Source of the DNA: Nostoc sp. DedSLP01
GTDB taxonomy: Bacteria > Cyanobacteriota > Cyanobacteriia > Cyanobacteriales > Nostocaceae
DNA: 64,000 bases
NCBI GenBank assembly: GCA_034530875.2
Contig: JAVRCJ020000008.1
Coordinates: forward strand, 64,001-128,000
Reading direction: 5' to 3'
The translations under genes were made by a program, and so were the position numbers. The notes under the pieces are model-generated. The model was not told where the DNA came from, did no database searches, and saw only the letters and a program-made list of their open reading frames with translations. Positions 50,753 through 61,468 of this stretch are shown piece after piece (the first letter of the stretch is position 1; every line of letters begins with the position of its first letter).

Positions 50753-52933
50753 ATGGCAAAGTCTAAAAAAAGCACTAATCCCATCAATCTTAACGATCCA
50801 CAATATTATCTTAACCGTGAGTTAAGCTGGTTAGAATTTAATGGCAGAGTTTTACATGAAGCCTGTGACGATCGCACCCCTCTTCTGGAACGCCTAAAGT
50901 TTTCGGCAATTTTCAGTTCTAATTTAGATGAATTTTTCATGGTGCGCGTTGCTGGTTTAAAGCAACAAGTAGAAGCAAAAGTTAGCCTGTTAACTCCCGA
51001 CGGTCGCACGCCACAACAACAGTTAGACGATATCCGGTCTACTCTTATTCCTCAGGTAAAGAAACAGCATCAAAATTTTGAGCAAGTACTCCGCCCTCTA
51101 TTAGCAAAGCACGGGATTCATATCCTGAATTATATAGATTTAAATCAGACACAACGAAATCATCTCGATAGCTATTTTGAAGAACAAGTTTTTCCAGTTT
51201 TGACTCCCTTGGCTGTCGATCCCAGCCATCCGTTTCCTTTTATTTCTAATCTCAGCCTGAATCTGGCAGTGGTGGTAAAAAATCCAGACACCGACGAAGA
51301 ATTTTTTGCCAGAGTTAAAGTACCTAGCGTTTTGCCGCGATTTCTACCCTTACCGCGTGACTTGGCAAGCCAAGATAACGAACAACCGATTCACTGGGTT
51401 GGGGTACCTTTAGAACAAGCGATCGCTCATAACTTGGAATCCCTATTTCCAGGCATGAATATTCAAGAATATCATCCGTTCCGCATTACCCGCGACGCCG
51501 ATTTAGTCTTAGAAGAAGATGAAGCCGACGATCTATTATTAGCGATCGAACAAGAACTGCGAAAACGGCGCTTGGGTGGAAGTCCAGTCCGGCTAGAAAT
51601 TCAATCCCAAACACCAGAACCAGTGCGATCGCGATTATTACAAGATTTAGACTTAACAGACAGCGATGTTTACGAAGTAGATGGCCTTTTGGGATTGCGG
51701 GATTTGATGTCTTTTATGTCCTTGCCACTCCCAGAACTCAAAGATCCGCCACGTCAATCTGTTGTACCACCGCGCCTGCAACGTCTGAGAGAACCGAGTT
51801 TAGACCCAGATGTACTGGAAACGGACGAAGGAAAAGACTTTTTTTCGGTAATTAGGGAAAAAGATTTGTTAGTACACCATCCCTATCAATCTTTTTCGGC
51901 CTCAGTGGTGCGCTTCATTACCTACGCTGCTTATGACCCGAATGTACTAGCCATCAAGATGACTCTTTACCGGACTTCCGGCGACTCACCCATTGTCAAT
52001 GCTTTAATCGCCGCCGCCGAAAATGGCAAGCAAGTATCTGTACTGGTGGAATTAAAAGCACGGTTTGATGAAGAGAATAATATTTATTGGGCAAAACGAC
52101 TAGAAAGAGTTGGAGTTCACGTTGTCTATGGTTTGGTGGGACTCAAAACCCATAGCAAAACCGTAATGGTAGTCCGGCGAGAAAAAGACCGGATGCGTCG
52201 CTACGTTCATATCGGGACTGGTAATTATAACCCAAAAACTGCACGATTGTATACAGATTTGGGATTGTTTAGTTGTCGGGAAGAATTGGGTGCTGACATC
52301 ACAGATTTATTTAATTTCTTAACAGGCTACTCGCGGCAAAAGTCTTATCGAGAAGTACTGGTTGCACCTGTGAATATGCGCGATCGCTTTTTAGCGCTGA
52401 TTCGCCGCGAAATCGAAAATGTTCAAAATGGTTTTTCTGGACGCATTGTTGCCAAAATGAATTCTCTGGTCGATCCGGAAATTATCGCCACTTTATATGA
52501 AGCTTCCCGCGCCGGAGTGCAAATTGATTTAATTGTTAGGGGTATTTGTTGTTTGCGTCCGGGACTCAAAGACATTAGTGAAAACATTCACATAATCAGC
52601 ATTGTCGGTCGCTTTTTAGAACATTCTCGAATTTATTATTTTCATAACAACACACAAGAAGAAATCTATATTGGCAGTGCCGACTGGATGCGCCGCAACT
52701 TAGATCGGCGAGTGGAAGTAATTACCCCCATTAAAGACCCAGATATCGCTAAAGATTTACAAGAGATTCTAGGAATTATGCTTGCAGATAATCGCCAAGC
52801 TTGGGAGTTACAAGCCGATGGTACTTACATTCAACGCCGTCCCTATGAGGGTTCTCCAGAAGCCAATTCACAAAAAACTCTGATGAATATGGCATTACGT
52901 TCAACTGGCGTAACTTCAAATTTGATTGATTAG
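50753..52933 (+). CDS. ppk1: polyphosphate kinase 1
   Basis: NRELSWL.FN, NLDEFFMVRV, HHPY, ELKARFDE and GSADWM.RNL. Confidence 0.98.
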   Translation: MAKSKKSTNPINLNDPQYYLNRELSWLEFNGRVLHEACDDRTPLLERLKFSAIFSSNLDEFFMVRVAGLKQQVEAKVSLLTPDGRTPQQQLDDIRSTLIPQVKKQHQNFEQVLRPLLAKHGIHILNYIDLNQTQRNHLDSYFEEQVFPVLTPLAVDPSHPFPFISNLSLNLAVVVKNPDTDEEFFARVKVPSVLPRFLPLPRDLASQDNEQPIHWVGVPLEQAIAHNLESLFPGMNIQEYHPFRITRDADLVLEEDEADDLLLAIEQELRKRRLGGSPVRLEIQSQTPEPVRSRLLQDLDLTDSDVYEVDGLLGLRDLMSFMSLPLPELKDPPRQSVVPPRLQRLREPSLDPDVLETDEGKDFFSVIREKDLLVHHPYQSFSASVVRFITYAAYDPNVLAIKMTLYRTSGDSPIVNALIAAAENGKQVSVLVELKARFDEENNIYWAKRLERVGVHVVYGLVGLKTHSKTVMVVRREKDRMRRYVHIGTGNYNPKTARLYTDLGLFSCREELGADITDLFNFLTGYSRQKSYREVLVAPVNMRDRFLALIRREIENVQNGFSGRIVAKMNSLVDPEIIATLYEASRAGVQIDLIVRGICCLRPGLKDISENIHIISIVGRFLEHSRIYYFHNNTQEEIYIGSADWMRRNLDRRVEVITPIKDPDIAKDLQEILGIMLADNRQAWELQADGTYIQRRPYEGSPEANSQKTLMNMALRSTGVTSNLID

Positions 52934-53238
52934 GAAAGATTTTGTTAATAGCTTGATAATTAACTCAACTTAGTTTTTTAGAAAAATTTAATTTTTTCAA
53001 AAGTTATCTAAGTTAAAAGTTATCAGGCCTCTATGCGATACGATGAAAAAACTCGCTCTCAACTCAAAAACCTGATTCCATATTTACTACTACTTCATTC
53101 CCCCTAACTAAGCAGATCGTTTCAACAATTAAAGCAAGTTAGCATATTTGTCATAGGTTGATACCAGTTATTCAACCATTGGATAGAGTGAGTACTGGCA
53201 CTGATTCCCATAAACTAGAGGGGTTATTGTAAACAATT

Positions 53239-53673
53239 TTGTCTTTCCCCTCAATGTTGATGTTATCCTGCGAGCTTTCTACCTTGCGTGTTCTAGTAGT
53301 TGATGACCACGAACTTACTCGTTTAACCTTACAATTAGCTTTTTCTTGCGAAGAAAATATCCAAGTTGTAGGTTTAGCTACTAATGGTCAAGAAGCTATA
53401 GAAATGGCTCAAATTTGTCAGCCTGATGTGATTGTTCTAGATTTACAAATGCCAGTTTTGGACGGCTGGAGTGCCTCTAGTCAAATAAAAGCTATATCTC
53501 CGAACACTCAAATCCTTGCTTACTCTTCATTGGAGGATGTAACTTTTCAGGGGACAAAAAAAATATCTAGCTTTGATGACGTTTGTAAAAAAGATGTACC
53601 TACCTCCGAACTGGTTGCTTTAGTTAGACAGTTAGGTAAGCGTGTAGGAGATAACAACTCACATACTCAATGA
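53239..53673 (+). CDS. single-domain response regulator (NarL-type receiver)
   Basis: VLVVDDH and DLQMPVLDG; no output domain; exact start uncertain. Confidence 0.85.
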   Translation: MSFPSMLMLSCELSTLRVLVVDDHELTRLTLQLAFSCEENIQVVGLATNGQEAIEMAQICQPDVIVLDLQMPVLDGWSASSQIKAISPNTQILAYSSLEDVTFQGTKKISSFDDVCKKDVPTSELVALVRQLGKRVGDNNSHTQ

Positions 53674-53740
53674 TTGTGTATTACATTACCAATTCAGGTT
53701 TAACTCAATTCCAGGGAATTAAAGACAATATATTACTGCA

Positions 53741-53786
53741 AAACGTCGGTATATCCTGAAATTCAAGGTTACACCGACGCACTTTT
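53741..53786. terminator. bidirectional terminator-like hairpin
   Basis: CGTCGGT...ACCGACG stem flanked by A and T runs, between convergent genes. Confidence 0.6.
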
Positions 53787-53820
53787 ATATGTTTTATACT
53801 TTAGTGTGAATCTAGCTTAA

Positions 53821-54000
53821 CTAGATTTCTTGTTCTGGAACGATCCGCTTAAATTCATCAATTAATTCATCTAGTTCTTCCAAAGCCTGATTGACGTCAA
53901 TTCTTAAAATTCCCAAATTTGGTTGTTCCAGTAGACTCAGCAAATAGTCCCGCTTGTTTTGGACTACGGCAATTCGTTCTTTTATAGTCTGCAAATCCAT
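53821..54000 (-). CDS. 59-aa acidic helical hypothetical protein (absent from the ORF track)
   Basis: Manual translation MDLQTIKERIAVVQNKRDYLLSLLEQPNLGILRIDVNQALEELDELIDEFKRIVPEQEI. Confidence 0.75.
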   Translation of the reverse strand: MDLQTIKERIAVVQNKRDYLLSLLEQPNLGILRIDVNQALEELDELIDEFKRIVPEQEI

Positions 54001-54304
54001 TATTTTTTCTTTGTGTTTAAGTACCTTTAAGTTTAAATTAACTCATAATTTAACATTCTGGAACACAAACTAGTGACATAATCGCCGTTAGATTTCGAGC
54101 CATTAGCACCAATTAATAATGTAAATCCACCTGCGGATATCCCTCTCACCTTTTGATAAGGATAGGATTGCTGCCGATCTCTTTGAATAAGCTACAGTAA
54201 AATGCACAGATGCGCGTTGATGTCAACTTCACTTAAAAGTTCTATCGCGCAAGTCGCTAATGCTGTTCGCTAATTTCTTACTCATAGCCGATGATAATAA
54301 AACT

Positions 54305-54520
54305 AATACCATTTCATAAAATTCCTACTACAACTACATTGGTAGGCAATACTTTTCGGTTAAAGGGGAAAGGCAAAAGGGAAAAGGTTTAAATTTACCC
54401 TTTACCCCAAACCCACAGAAGTTGTTGCCACTTATCCAAAAAGTATTGCTTGAGTAGGGGCATATCACTGTAAACCCCTATAGGCAATTCATGAGTTGTA
54501 AAAATTTTGCGAAATGGTGT
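54305..54520. repeat. nested MITE-like repeats
   Basis: Outer ends ACCATTTCATAAAATT / AATTTTGCGAAATGGT; inner ends CAATACTTTT / AAAAGTATTG. Confidence 0.65.
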
Positions 54521-54552
54521 GAGATATTAACAATTTATACTCATCTAAGCTC

Positions 54553-55125
54553 ATGCTAGGCCAAATCTCTTTGGGAACACTCGGTTTAACTGTCGGCAGT
54601 ATATTAACCATCATTGGCTTCGTAGCCTATGCTGCTGATAACGCGACACTCAATCTTGTCGGATTTTTTTATGGGATTCCTCTATTATTAGGGGGGCTGG
54701 CACTGAAAGCTAATGAACTCAAGCCAATACCCTTTAGTCAACCTACATCACCATCAACATTAACACTGCGCCAACAGCAAGCAACAGTAACTCAAAATAA
54801 AATTCGCAAAGATATCACCCGATATTGCTATGGGCAAGATGCTCATTTCGATACAACACTTGAGTTTTTAGGTTTGAGTCCCAGCGATGAAGAACGACCA
54901 ATAGTTACAGGGTTGCGAGAAACAGAAGTCAATGGCAGCTATGTCTTAATTTTAGAATTTGATTCGCCCTTAGTACCGCTTGATATCTGGCAAAAAAAGC
55001 AAGAAAAAATGACCAATTATTTTGGCCCTGGAGTAGAAATTCAAATAACCCAGCCGTCTGAAAATAAAATTGAAGTAGCATTAATAACAATTTCTCAGAA
55101 AGAGGCAATTGTCGATAGTCAATAA
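54553..55125 (+). CDS. DUF2854-family membrane protein
   Basis: YGIPLLLGGLALK..EL.P, KDITRY.YG...H, FGPG. Confidence 0.85.
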   Translation: MLGQISLGTLGLTVGSILTIIGFVAYAADNATLNLVGFFYGIPLLLGGLALKANELKPIPFSQPTSPSTLTLRQQQATVTQNKIRKDITRYCYGQDAHFDTTLEFLGLSPSDEERPIVTGLRETEVNGSYVLILEFDSPLVPLDIWQKKQEKMTNYFGPGVEIQITQPSENKIEVALITISQKEAIVDSQ

Positions 55126-55293
55126 CAAAAAATATCGCTAGCAATTGGCAATTGAGGGCTGGAGATTGGGAGTGCTGTTAGCTTTCTTCTCTACGAGAGG
55201 CTATACCAACGGGGCGTTTAGCTCGTTAAGAGTAATTCTCCCTCTCTCCCCATGACTTTGCGCAAAATGTAAAATCCAAAATTCAAAATAGTA

Positions 55294-55554
55294 TTACTTT
55301 TCTAGACGAACTGCATACCATTGTAAATATTCTCCAGCACCAATATCTAATTCACAACTGGTATCGAGTAAATATTGTGCTTGAGCTTCTGCGGTATCAA
55401 ATTTTTGCAAGTCAGGTGGTAAATCTTGAGTTTTCAGTTGTTGGAGAGTTGTTTTCAGTTTTTCTAATAACTCTGGTAGTGTCAGAAATTGTTCTGGTTG
55501 ATTTGTTTCTAGAACAACAAAGTTATCCTGTTGATACATCAGTGGATCTGGCAT
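55294..55554 (-). CDS. crr7: chlororespiratory reduction protein 7 (NDH-1 assembly factor)
   Basis: FVVLE..QPEQFL...CELDIG.G.YLQWYAVRLEK. Confidence 0.85.
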   Translation of the reverse strand: MPDPLMYQQDNFVVLETNQPEQFLTLPELLEKLKTTLQQLKTQDLPPDLQKFDTAEAQAQYLLDTSCELDIGAGEYLQWYAVRLEK

Positions 55555-56326
55555 TTTTAAAAGTTAGTTAGTGTAGTTGGATTGTGATTTTTTTGTAAAG
55601 TTTTCTAGCTAATTTTTCAGTTCAAAAAATTACGCAGCAGTTCTAAATTGTTTGTGAATTTTTTATTTGCTTCGTTTTTTGCCTGCGTAGTTGGCGATCG
55701 CTATTTTTTTGTTCGCAACCTCATCTGCGATCGCTGTAGTTTTACGTGTTTATTGTAAAGTAATTATAAAATTGATATATTTTACTAATTATATTACTTG
55801 TTTGGTAAATTTTGAATTAGCCAAATTACTATTTCTTCATTTAAATCAGCGTACTACATTAATTATCATCGGAATTTCTACTGTTTTTACGGTGAATGAC
55901 TAGAGGACAATGCTTTTTACATAGTCTAAGATAAATTTTATGTAATTATACTAAACGCCTAGAAATATTAGCAAATAGATTCAATCGGTGGAAGCTCAGT
56001 TATATTAGTGTTTGCAATTCTCCAAAAAATTGTAATTTGACTTTAATAATGGGGAAATATAACAATAACATTTCTTTCCATAACCATAGCCGAACAAAAA
56101 GGTAACAATTGCCTTTGAGTTCCAACTATAGATTGTCTATGCAATTTAGTTATCTATCGCTTGCTTGGCTCAATAGTATTGAGCAGTCTATTCTCAAAAG
56201 ACAGTTGATTCTCAAGACAAACACGCCCTTGCCACAAATGCTGGTATCGATTCAGACTAACAATCGCCTACCTACGATTGAGTTGCCCAGCTTTTTTCAG
56301 GATAGTCTCGCAAGTAGAAGTAACTC

Positions 56327-57355
56327 ATGTCAGGCATAAGCTCATTTTCTCTTTCTAAGCAACCACCACTGATTCTGGTCGCAGATGACGACAAAACCAT
56401 TCGAGTCTTGTTGCGTAAAGCTATGGAACAAGAAGGCTATCGAGTGGTAGAAGTCAATGATGGTAAGCAATGTTTAGATGCTTACGAGACTATTAAACCA
56501 GATATAGTTTTGCTGGATGCTGTCATGCCTGTAATGGATGGCTTTACTTGCTGTAAACAGTTACTCCAGATTGCCAGAAATAATTTGATATCAGCACTCG
56601 CAACCTTTGATACTGACTCTGTGCTTGGCAACACTGTGATTTCCAAGATATGGGAGCGAACTCCGATTTTGATGATCACATGCTTAGACGATGAAGAATC
56701 TGTAGACCGTGCTTTTGAAGCAGGGGCGACTGATTACGTTACTAAGCCCATTCACTGGCCTGTATTGCGTCAGCGATTGCGCCGACTCCTACAGCAAGCG
56801 CAGGTCTACAAACAGTTAGAAGCGGCAAACCAAGCTTTGCAGCACCTCGCCAATGTAGATGGCTTAACTGAGTTACCAAATCGTCGTCGGTTTGACGATT
56901 ATCTCAATACTCAATGGATTAATTTGGCACAGGAAGAATGCTTCCTGTCGTTGATTTTATGTGATATCGATTTTTTTAAATTGTATAACGATAAATACGG
57001 TCATCCGGCTGGGGATGTCTGTTTACAAAAAGTGGGTGCTGTCTTAAACCAAAAAGCGCAAAAACATCAGGATTTAGTAGCGCGTTATGGTGGGGAAGAA
57101 TTTGCGGTGATTATGCCATATACCCATACGGCTGGTGCAGTTCACGTTGCCGCAGCAATGCAAGCAGCAGTTAGAGATTTGCAAATTGTTCATGACGCTT
57201 CTACGGTGAGTCCCTATGTGACCTTAAGTATGGGCGTAGCAACTGTTATCCCCACTTGGGAATCCTCACCTTTAGATTTGATTGTGCGAGCAGATAAAGC
57301 ACTATATCAAGCAAAAGCTAGCGGACGCGATCGCTTTGTCTCAAGTAGTCATTAG
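56327..57355 (+). CDS. REC-GGDEF diguanylate cyclase
   Basis: Receiver domain + DGLT.L.NRR, DIDFFK.YND.YGH and ARYGGEEF. Confidence 0.95.
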   Translation: MSGISSFSLSKQPPLILVADDDKTIRVLLRKAMEQEGYRVVEVNDGKQCLDAYETIKPDIVLLDAVMPVMDGFTCCKQLLQIARNNLISALATFDTDSVLGNTVISKIWERTPILMITCLDDEESVDRAFEAGATDYVTKPIHWPVLRQRLRRLLQQAQVYKQLEAANQALQHLANVDGLTELPNRRRFDDYLNTQWINLAQEECFLSLILCDIDFFKLYNDKYGHPAGDVCLQKVGAVLNQKAQKHQDLVARYGGEEFAVIMPYTHTAGAVHVAAAMQAAVRDLQIVHDASTVSPYVTLSMGVATVIPTWESSPLDLIVRADKALYQAKASGRDRFVSSSH

Positions 57356-57435
57356 TCATTAGTCATTGGTCATTAGTCATTAGTCATTAGTTTTTTCTTC
57401 CCCTGCTCCTCTGCTCCTCTGCTCCCCTGCCCCAT
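57346..57435. repeat. STRR (GTCATTA)n and (CTGCTCCT)n tracts
   Basis: Tandem 7- and 8-mers between convergent genes. Confidence 0.85.
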
Positions 57436-58649
57436 TAAGAAGGATAAACTGGTAGCGTAAAGTGGAACCATGCTCCGCTATTGGGGGCAGAATCCACCCA
57501 AATTTGACCGTAATGGGCGCGGATAATGCGTTGGCATAAACAAAGACCGATGCCGTAACCTTCCGTACCTTCATCCCGTTGCAAACGGAAGTGGTTTTCA
57601 AAAATGCGATCGCGATTCTCTACAGGAATACCAGGCCCCGTATCGCCAATACTGAACTGAACTTTTTGGGTGGTGCGGTGCAATCCAGCAATGCTAATCT
57701 TGCCACCTTCGGGGGTATATTTTATCGCATTATCCAACAGATTAACTATCACTTGGCGGATACGTTCTGGGTCAGCATATACGTAGGGTAAGTCTTTGGG
57801 AATATCTGTTTCTACTTGTTGGGCTTTGCTAGTGTAGCGATCGCGCAATTCTTCAACTACATCTAAACAAAGTTTACCTAGCTCTACTTTTTGTGGTAGT
57901 ATCGGTATTTCTGTGTCTTTGCCACGACCTACCTGCAAAAGGTCGGCAATCATTCGGTCAATAATTTTAGTTTGACTGCGGGCTTGCTTTAATAAATGCG
58001 CCGTCATTGCTGGTTTGAGGCGCTGGAATTCACCTGTTTCTACATTGTAGTTAGATTGAAGAGTTTCTATCGCGATCGCAGCAGCAGTTAGAGGATTGCG
58101 GAGGTCGTGTGCCAACATAGCAATCACTCGGTCTTTAAATTGTAACTGCTCTTGCAGGTTTTCTTTTTCCTGTTTCAAGCGAAAAATCTCATCGGAGAGG
58201 CGAATAAGTTCAGCGGAAACGGCGACAGAACGAATCGTAGATTTGGGTGATGTCACTCGACCATTGTCATCTATACGTTCTTGTAAATCTTCCTGCAATT
58301 TTAAGTAGGCTTCTACAGCAGTTTGCCAGCGAGGCCACCAGTTTTTCAATTGCGCTATTATATTACTCCCAGCCAGAATCTGCCGCGGTTCTGGATGAAT
58401 TTTAATCAAAGCTGGTGTTGCTACTAATTTAAAATGTTCTGCCAAATAAGGTTGTTGCCCAACATCGATAAGTTGCAGTTCAAAATTATACTCAGCCTGC
58501 AATTCTTTTAAGTGAGCACGTATTCGTTGCACCTGCTGTCGGGACTTCGGGCGTCCATCTACAAAAAGTAGCAGTTGGAGTGGAGCCTCAGAATAAATAG
58601 GCTGATCCTGGGAAACTTGCATGTAATCGTGTTTCAGCACTGGTAACAA
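57435..58649 (-). CDS. sasA: adaptive-response sensory kinase SasA (start possibly 58640 or 58622)
   Basis: KaiB-like N-terminus ([18 protein letters not shown]) + AHDLRNPL kinase core. Confidence 0.93.
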   Translation of the reverse strand: MLPVLKHDYMQVSQDQPIYSEAPLQLLLFVDGRPKSRQQVQRIRAHLKELQAEYNFELQLIDVGQQPYLAEHFKLVATPALIKIHPEPRQILAGSNIIAQLKNWWPRWQTAVEAYLKLQEDLQERIDDNGRVTSPKSTIRSVAVSAELIRLSDEIFRLKQEKENLQEQLQFKDRVIAMLAHDLRNPLTAAAIAIETLQSNYNVETGEFQRLKPAMTAHLLKQARSQTKIIDRMIADLLQVGRGKDTEIPILPQKVELGKLCLDVVEELRDRYTSKAQQVETDIPKDLPYVYADPERIRQVIVNLLDNAIKYTPEGGKISIAGLHRTTQKVQFSIGDTGPGIPVENRDRIFENHFRLQRDEGTEGYGIGLCLCQRIIRAHYGQIWVDSAPNSGAWFHFTLPVYPS

Positions 58650-59140
58650 CCTGGCGACGCTTTACAAAAAGTAAAATGAACTAACGGTTGTCGATGGGCG
58701 TTTGTTTTTCTTCAATTTAATATCTATTTTAGATTTTTCATACTCATATTCAGATCTCGGTTTTTGACATCAGAGATATCTTTTTGAGCTTTTTGCTTTT
58801 TTTTGGCTAACTGCATCTCCAAGAAACGCTTTTGTCCTAGAAAAGTAAGTCTTAATTTGCCTTGAATCAAAATTTTTTGCCACAGTTAACCTCTGGAAAT
58901 TTCGATCCTATGTCAAATGGTTACTCTAACCGGATATGAATTTGAGTAATCGCTTTGGTCAAGGGAACACTGAATCAAACGTAGATGATAATTGTATCCG
59001 ATCTATCAGGTAGCTGTTAACTATTTCGGCCAAGGGTCTAGAGGGTTTTTTTAACCGTCAGTGCATTTGATGAAGTGTCTTTTGTGCCTCTATCCGAATC
59101 GTGAGTTACGTTGGGAAAACAGTTATATGTAATTACTGCC

Positions 59141-59368
59141 TTAATCAATTGCGAAGTGCAGACTGTTGTGGGTCTTCCTCAAAAAAACACTCGCTATTCT
59201 AGAAGAATAAGAGATAGCTTGTTTGGGGAAAGCTGGGGATAACATCCGAGCGATCGCGTTTTTCAAGGAAGCACTGCTTTCAAGCCTGCCAAGAAACTCT
59301 TGACTACAGCACAAACTGACGCTAAGTTCCTGGAGTTGCTTAACGCTAGCATTTTTCAAACATTTCAT
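59141..59368 (-). CDS. possible small hypothetical protein upstream of sasA
   Basis: 75-aa ATG ORF in a 1.3-kb gap; no recognisable motif. Confidence 0.3.
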   Translation of the reverse strand: MKCLKNASVKQLQELSVSLCCSQEFLGRLESSASLKNAIARMLSPAFPKQAISYSSRIASVFLRKTHNSLHFAID

Positions 59369-59961
59369 TATTCAGCTTACCACCGTCAGATGAATAATCT
59401 TCAGAATCGATTTTAAGCCAACGTTAGCCAATTTTATTGATTCCCCTCTTTTAATGAGGCTAAGGGGGCTTTATTTATAGTCTATCACTTGAGTGGTTTG
59501 GCGATCGCATCTAGCTAGCGCTTTTAGGTGTGTCAACAAGCTTGTAGTCCCTAATCTGTGTATTTAGCGATTCATCAATCAAATATCCACTCTTCAACCG
59601 AAAATTTAGATAACTATCCAAAATTTACAGCATTAAAACTATAAAAATTTTCTATGGTAACTATTCTGGCTTTATTTTCCGTTTTGTTTTCCGAAAATGT
59701 TAGTTTTGCACAATTTTAGGGAAATCTATAGATAAGCATGGGAATTTTCAAAACCTAATGGCTGTAAAACGAAGACAACACGGTAGCTTATGCTACCGTT
59801 TACTAATTTTTCAAACATTTTCATAGCGCTAGGCAAGGTACTGGAGATTGGGAGAGGGAAAAATTTCTTCTCATTACTCACTACCCAGTATCCAATTTCC
59901 ATTTCCATTTCACGAACAGTTTGCGCTAGGGTAGGAACTGAAACTCAATTTGTGATTTCCA

Positions 59962-61362
59962 GTGCTTCCTGCTAAACGTACAGCTGTATTTTTGAGTTTG
60001 GCTGTTTTATTCACTTCGTTAACAGCCTGTGCTAATACTCCAGTGGCCAAAAACCTTGAAGACTCTTTGGCCGCAGATCCTAAACTGCAAAATAATCCGG
60101 TTGTTTTTGGAGAATCCCAAACAAACCAACCACAAGCACAGCAAAACGACTCAACAGTTCAGTTACCAGCTGATTTTGCCCAAGATATTCCACTATATTC
60201 CAATGCCAAACTACAGGAAGTTATCCCTGCTAGTGGTTCAGAAAACAGAGTTTCAACTCGTTGGTTGAGTTCAGATCCTAGCAACTTGATTGCTAGCTTT
60301 TATCGTAGCCAGTTGCAAACAAATAACTGGCAAATTTTGCAACAGCCTACAGATGATGGAATAGGTGTCTTTGAAGCACGCCGCAATGATTTGCTACTGA
60401 AAGTTGCGATTCAGCCTCAATCAGTAACTAACGCTACACCCAATCAACCCCAAACAGCTACTGAATTAGTGATTGAGTACGTACCAAATACTAGTACTGC
60501 AACAGCACAATCTACCCAAACCACAAATCCTAACAAAACTGCTAATAGCATTCCCCAATCGGGAGATCCCCAGTTCATTGGCCCTGTAGCACCTGAAAAC
60601 CTGGCATCACAGCCACCAAGTACGGCTAATAACCAAACAACTTCTACAGCCATTGAATCTCAAACATTCAACGATCTCAATAAAGCACCAAAAGAATGGC
60701 AACAACACATTCAAGATTTGGCTGCATTGGGTGTTTTGTCGATAGAACCAAAGATAACAAAAAGTAATTCTGCTACAACGAACCAATTTGAACCCGGTAA
60801 AATCGTTACACGCCGGGAATATGCACGTTGGCTAGTTGCTGCTAATAATGCTATGTATGCTAACAATCCAGCTAAACAAATTCGTTTGGCATCAGAAAGT
60901 ACTCAACCTGCTTTTAGCGATGTGTCCTCAAAAGACCCTGATTTTCCAGCAATCCAAGGGTTAGCTGAGGCTGGGTTAATTCCTAGTCCTTTGTCTGGAG
61001 ATTCTACGACTGTTTTATTTCGTCCTGATGCTCCCCTAACACGGGAGATGTTACTGTTGTGGAAATTACCTCTAGACACTCGCCAAGCCTTACCCGCTGC
61101 TAACTTTGAGGCGGTTAAACAAACCTGGGGCTTCCAAGATGCAGCCAGAATTGATTCTAAGGCTTTAAGAGCAGTTTTGGCTGATTTTCAGAATGGGGAA
61201 CAATCGAACATCCGGCGGGTGTTTGGCTATACGACCCTGTTTCAACCCAAAAAATCAGTTACTCGGGCTGAGGCTGCGGCAGTTTTGTGGTACTTCGGAA
61301 CTCAGAGTGAGGGTGTATCAGCTGCTGAGGCATTGAAGTTAAAGCAACTTCCAAACAATTAA
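59962..61362 (+). CDS. S-layer-homology (SLH) domain lipoprotein
   Basis: Lipobox LTAC; F.P...TR.E SLH repeats. Confidence 0.9.
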   Translation: MLPAKRTAVFLSLAVLFTSLTACANTPVAKNLEDSLAADPKLQNNPVVFGESQTNQPQAQQNDSTVQLPADFAQDIPLYSNAKLQEVIPASGSENRVSTRWLSSDPSNLIASFYRSQLQTNNWQILQQPTDDGIGVFEARRNDLLLKVAIQPQSVTNATPNQPQTATELVIEYVPNTSTATAQSTQTTNPNKTANSIPQSGDPQFIGPVAPENLASQPPSTANNQTTSTAIESQTFNDLNKAPKEWQQHIQDLAALGVLSIEPKITKSNSATTNQFEPGKIVTRREYARWLVAANNAMYANNPAKQIRLASESTQPAFSDVSSKDPDFPAIQGLAEAGLIPSPLSGDSTTVLFRPDAPLTREMLLLWKLPLDTRQALPAANFEAVKQTWGFQDAARIDSKALRAVLADFQNGEQSNIRRVFGYTTLFQPKKSVTRAEAAAVLWYFGTQSEGVSAAEALKLKQLPNN

Positions 61363-61468
61363 ATATCCAATGAAGTAGGTCGGCGTAAATAATTCTTGTT
61401 GGGATAAGGCAATACGAATAATAGTTTTAGATTTATTATTTTTCTCACCTTCAGAGCTTTGCTAATTT

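Noticed and set aside
55691..56339. 70- and 76-aa ORFs upstream of the diguanylate cyclase
   Set aside because: TTG starts, no RBS or motif; more likely a long regulatory leader
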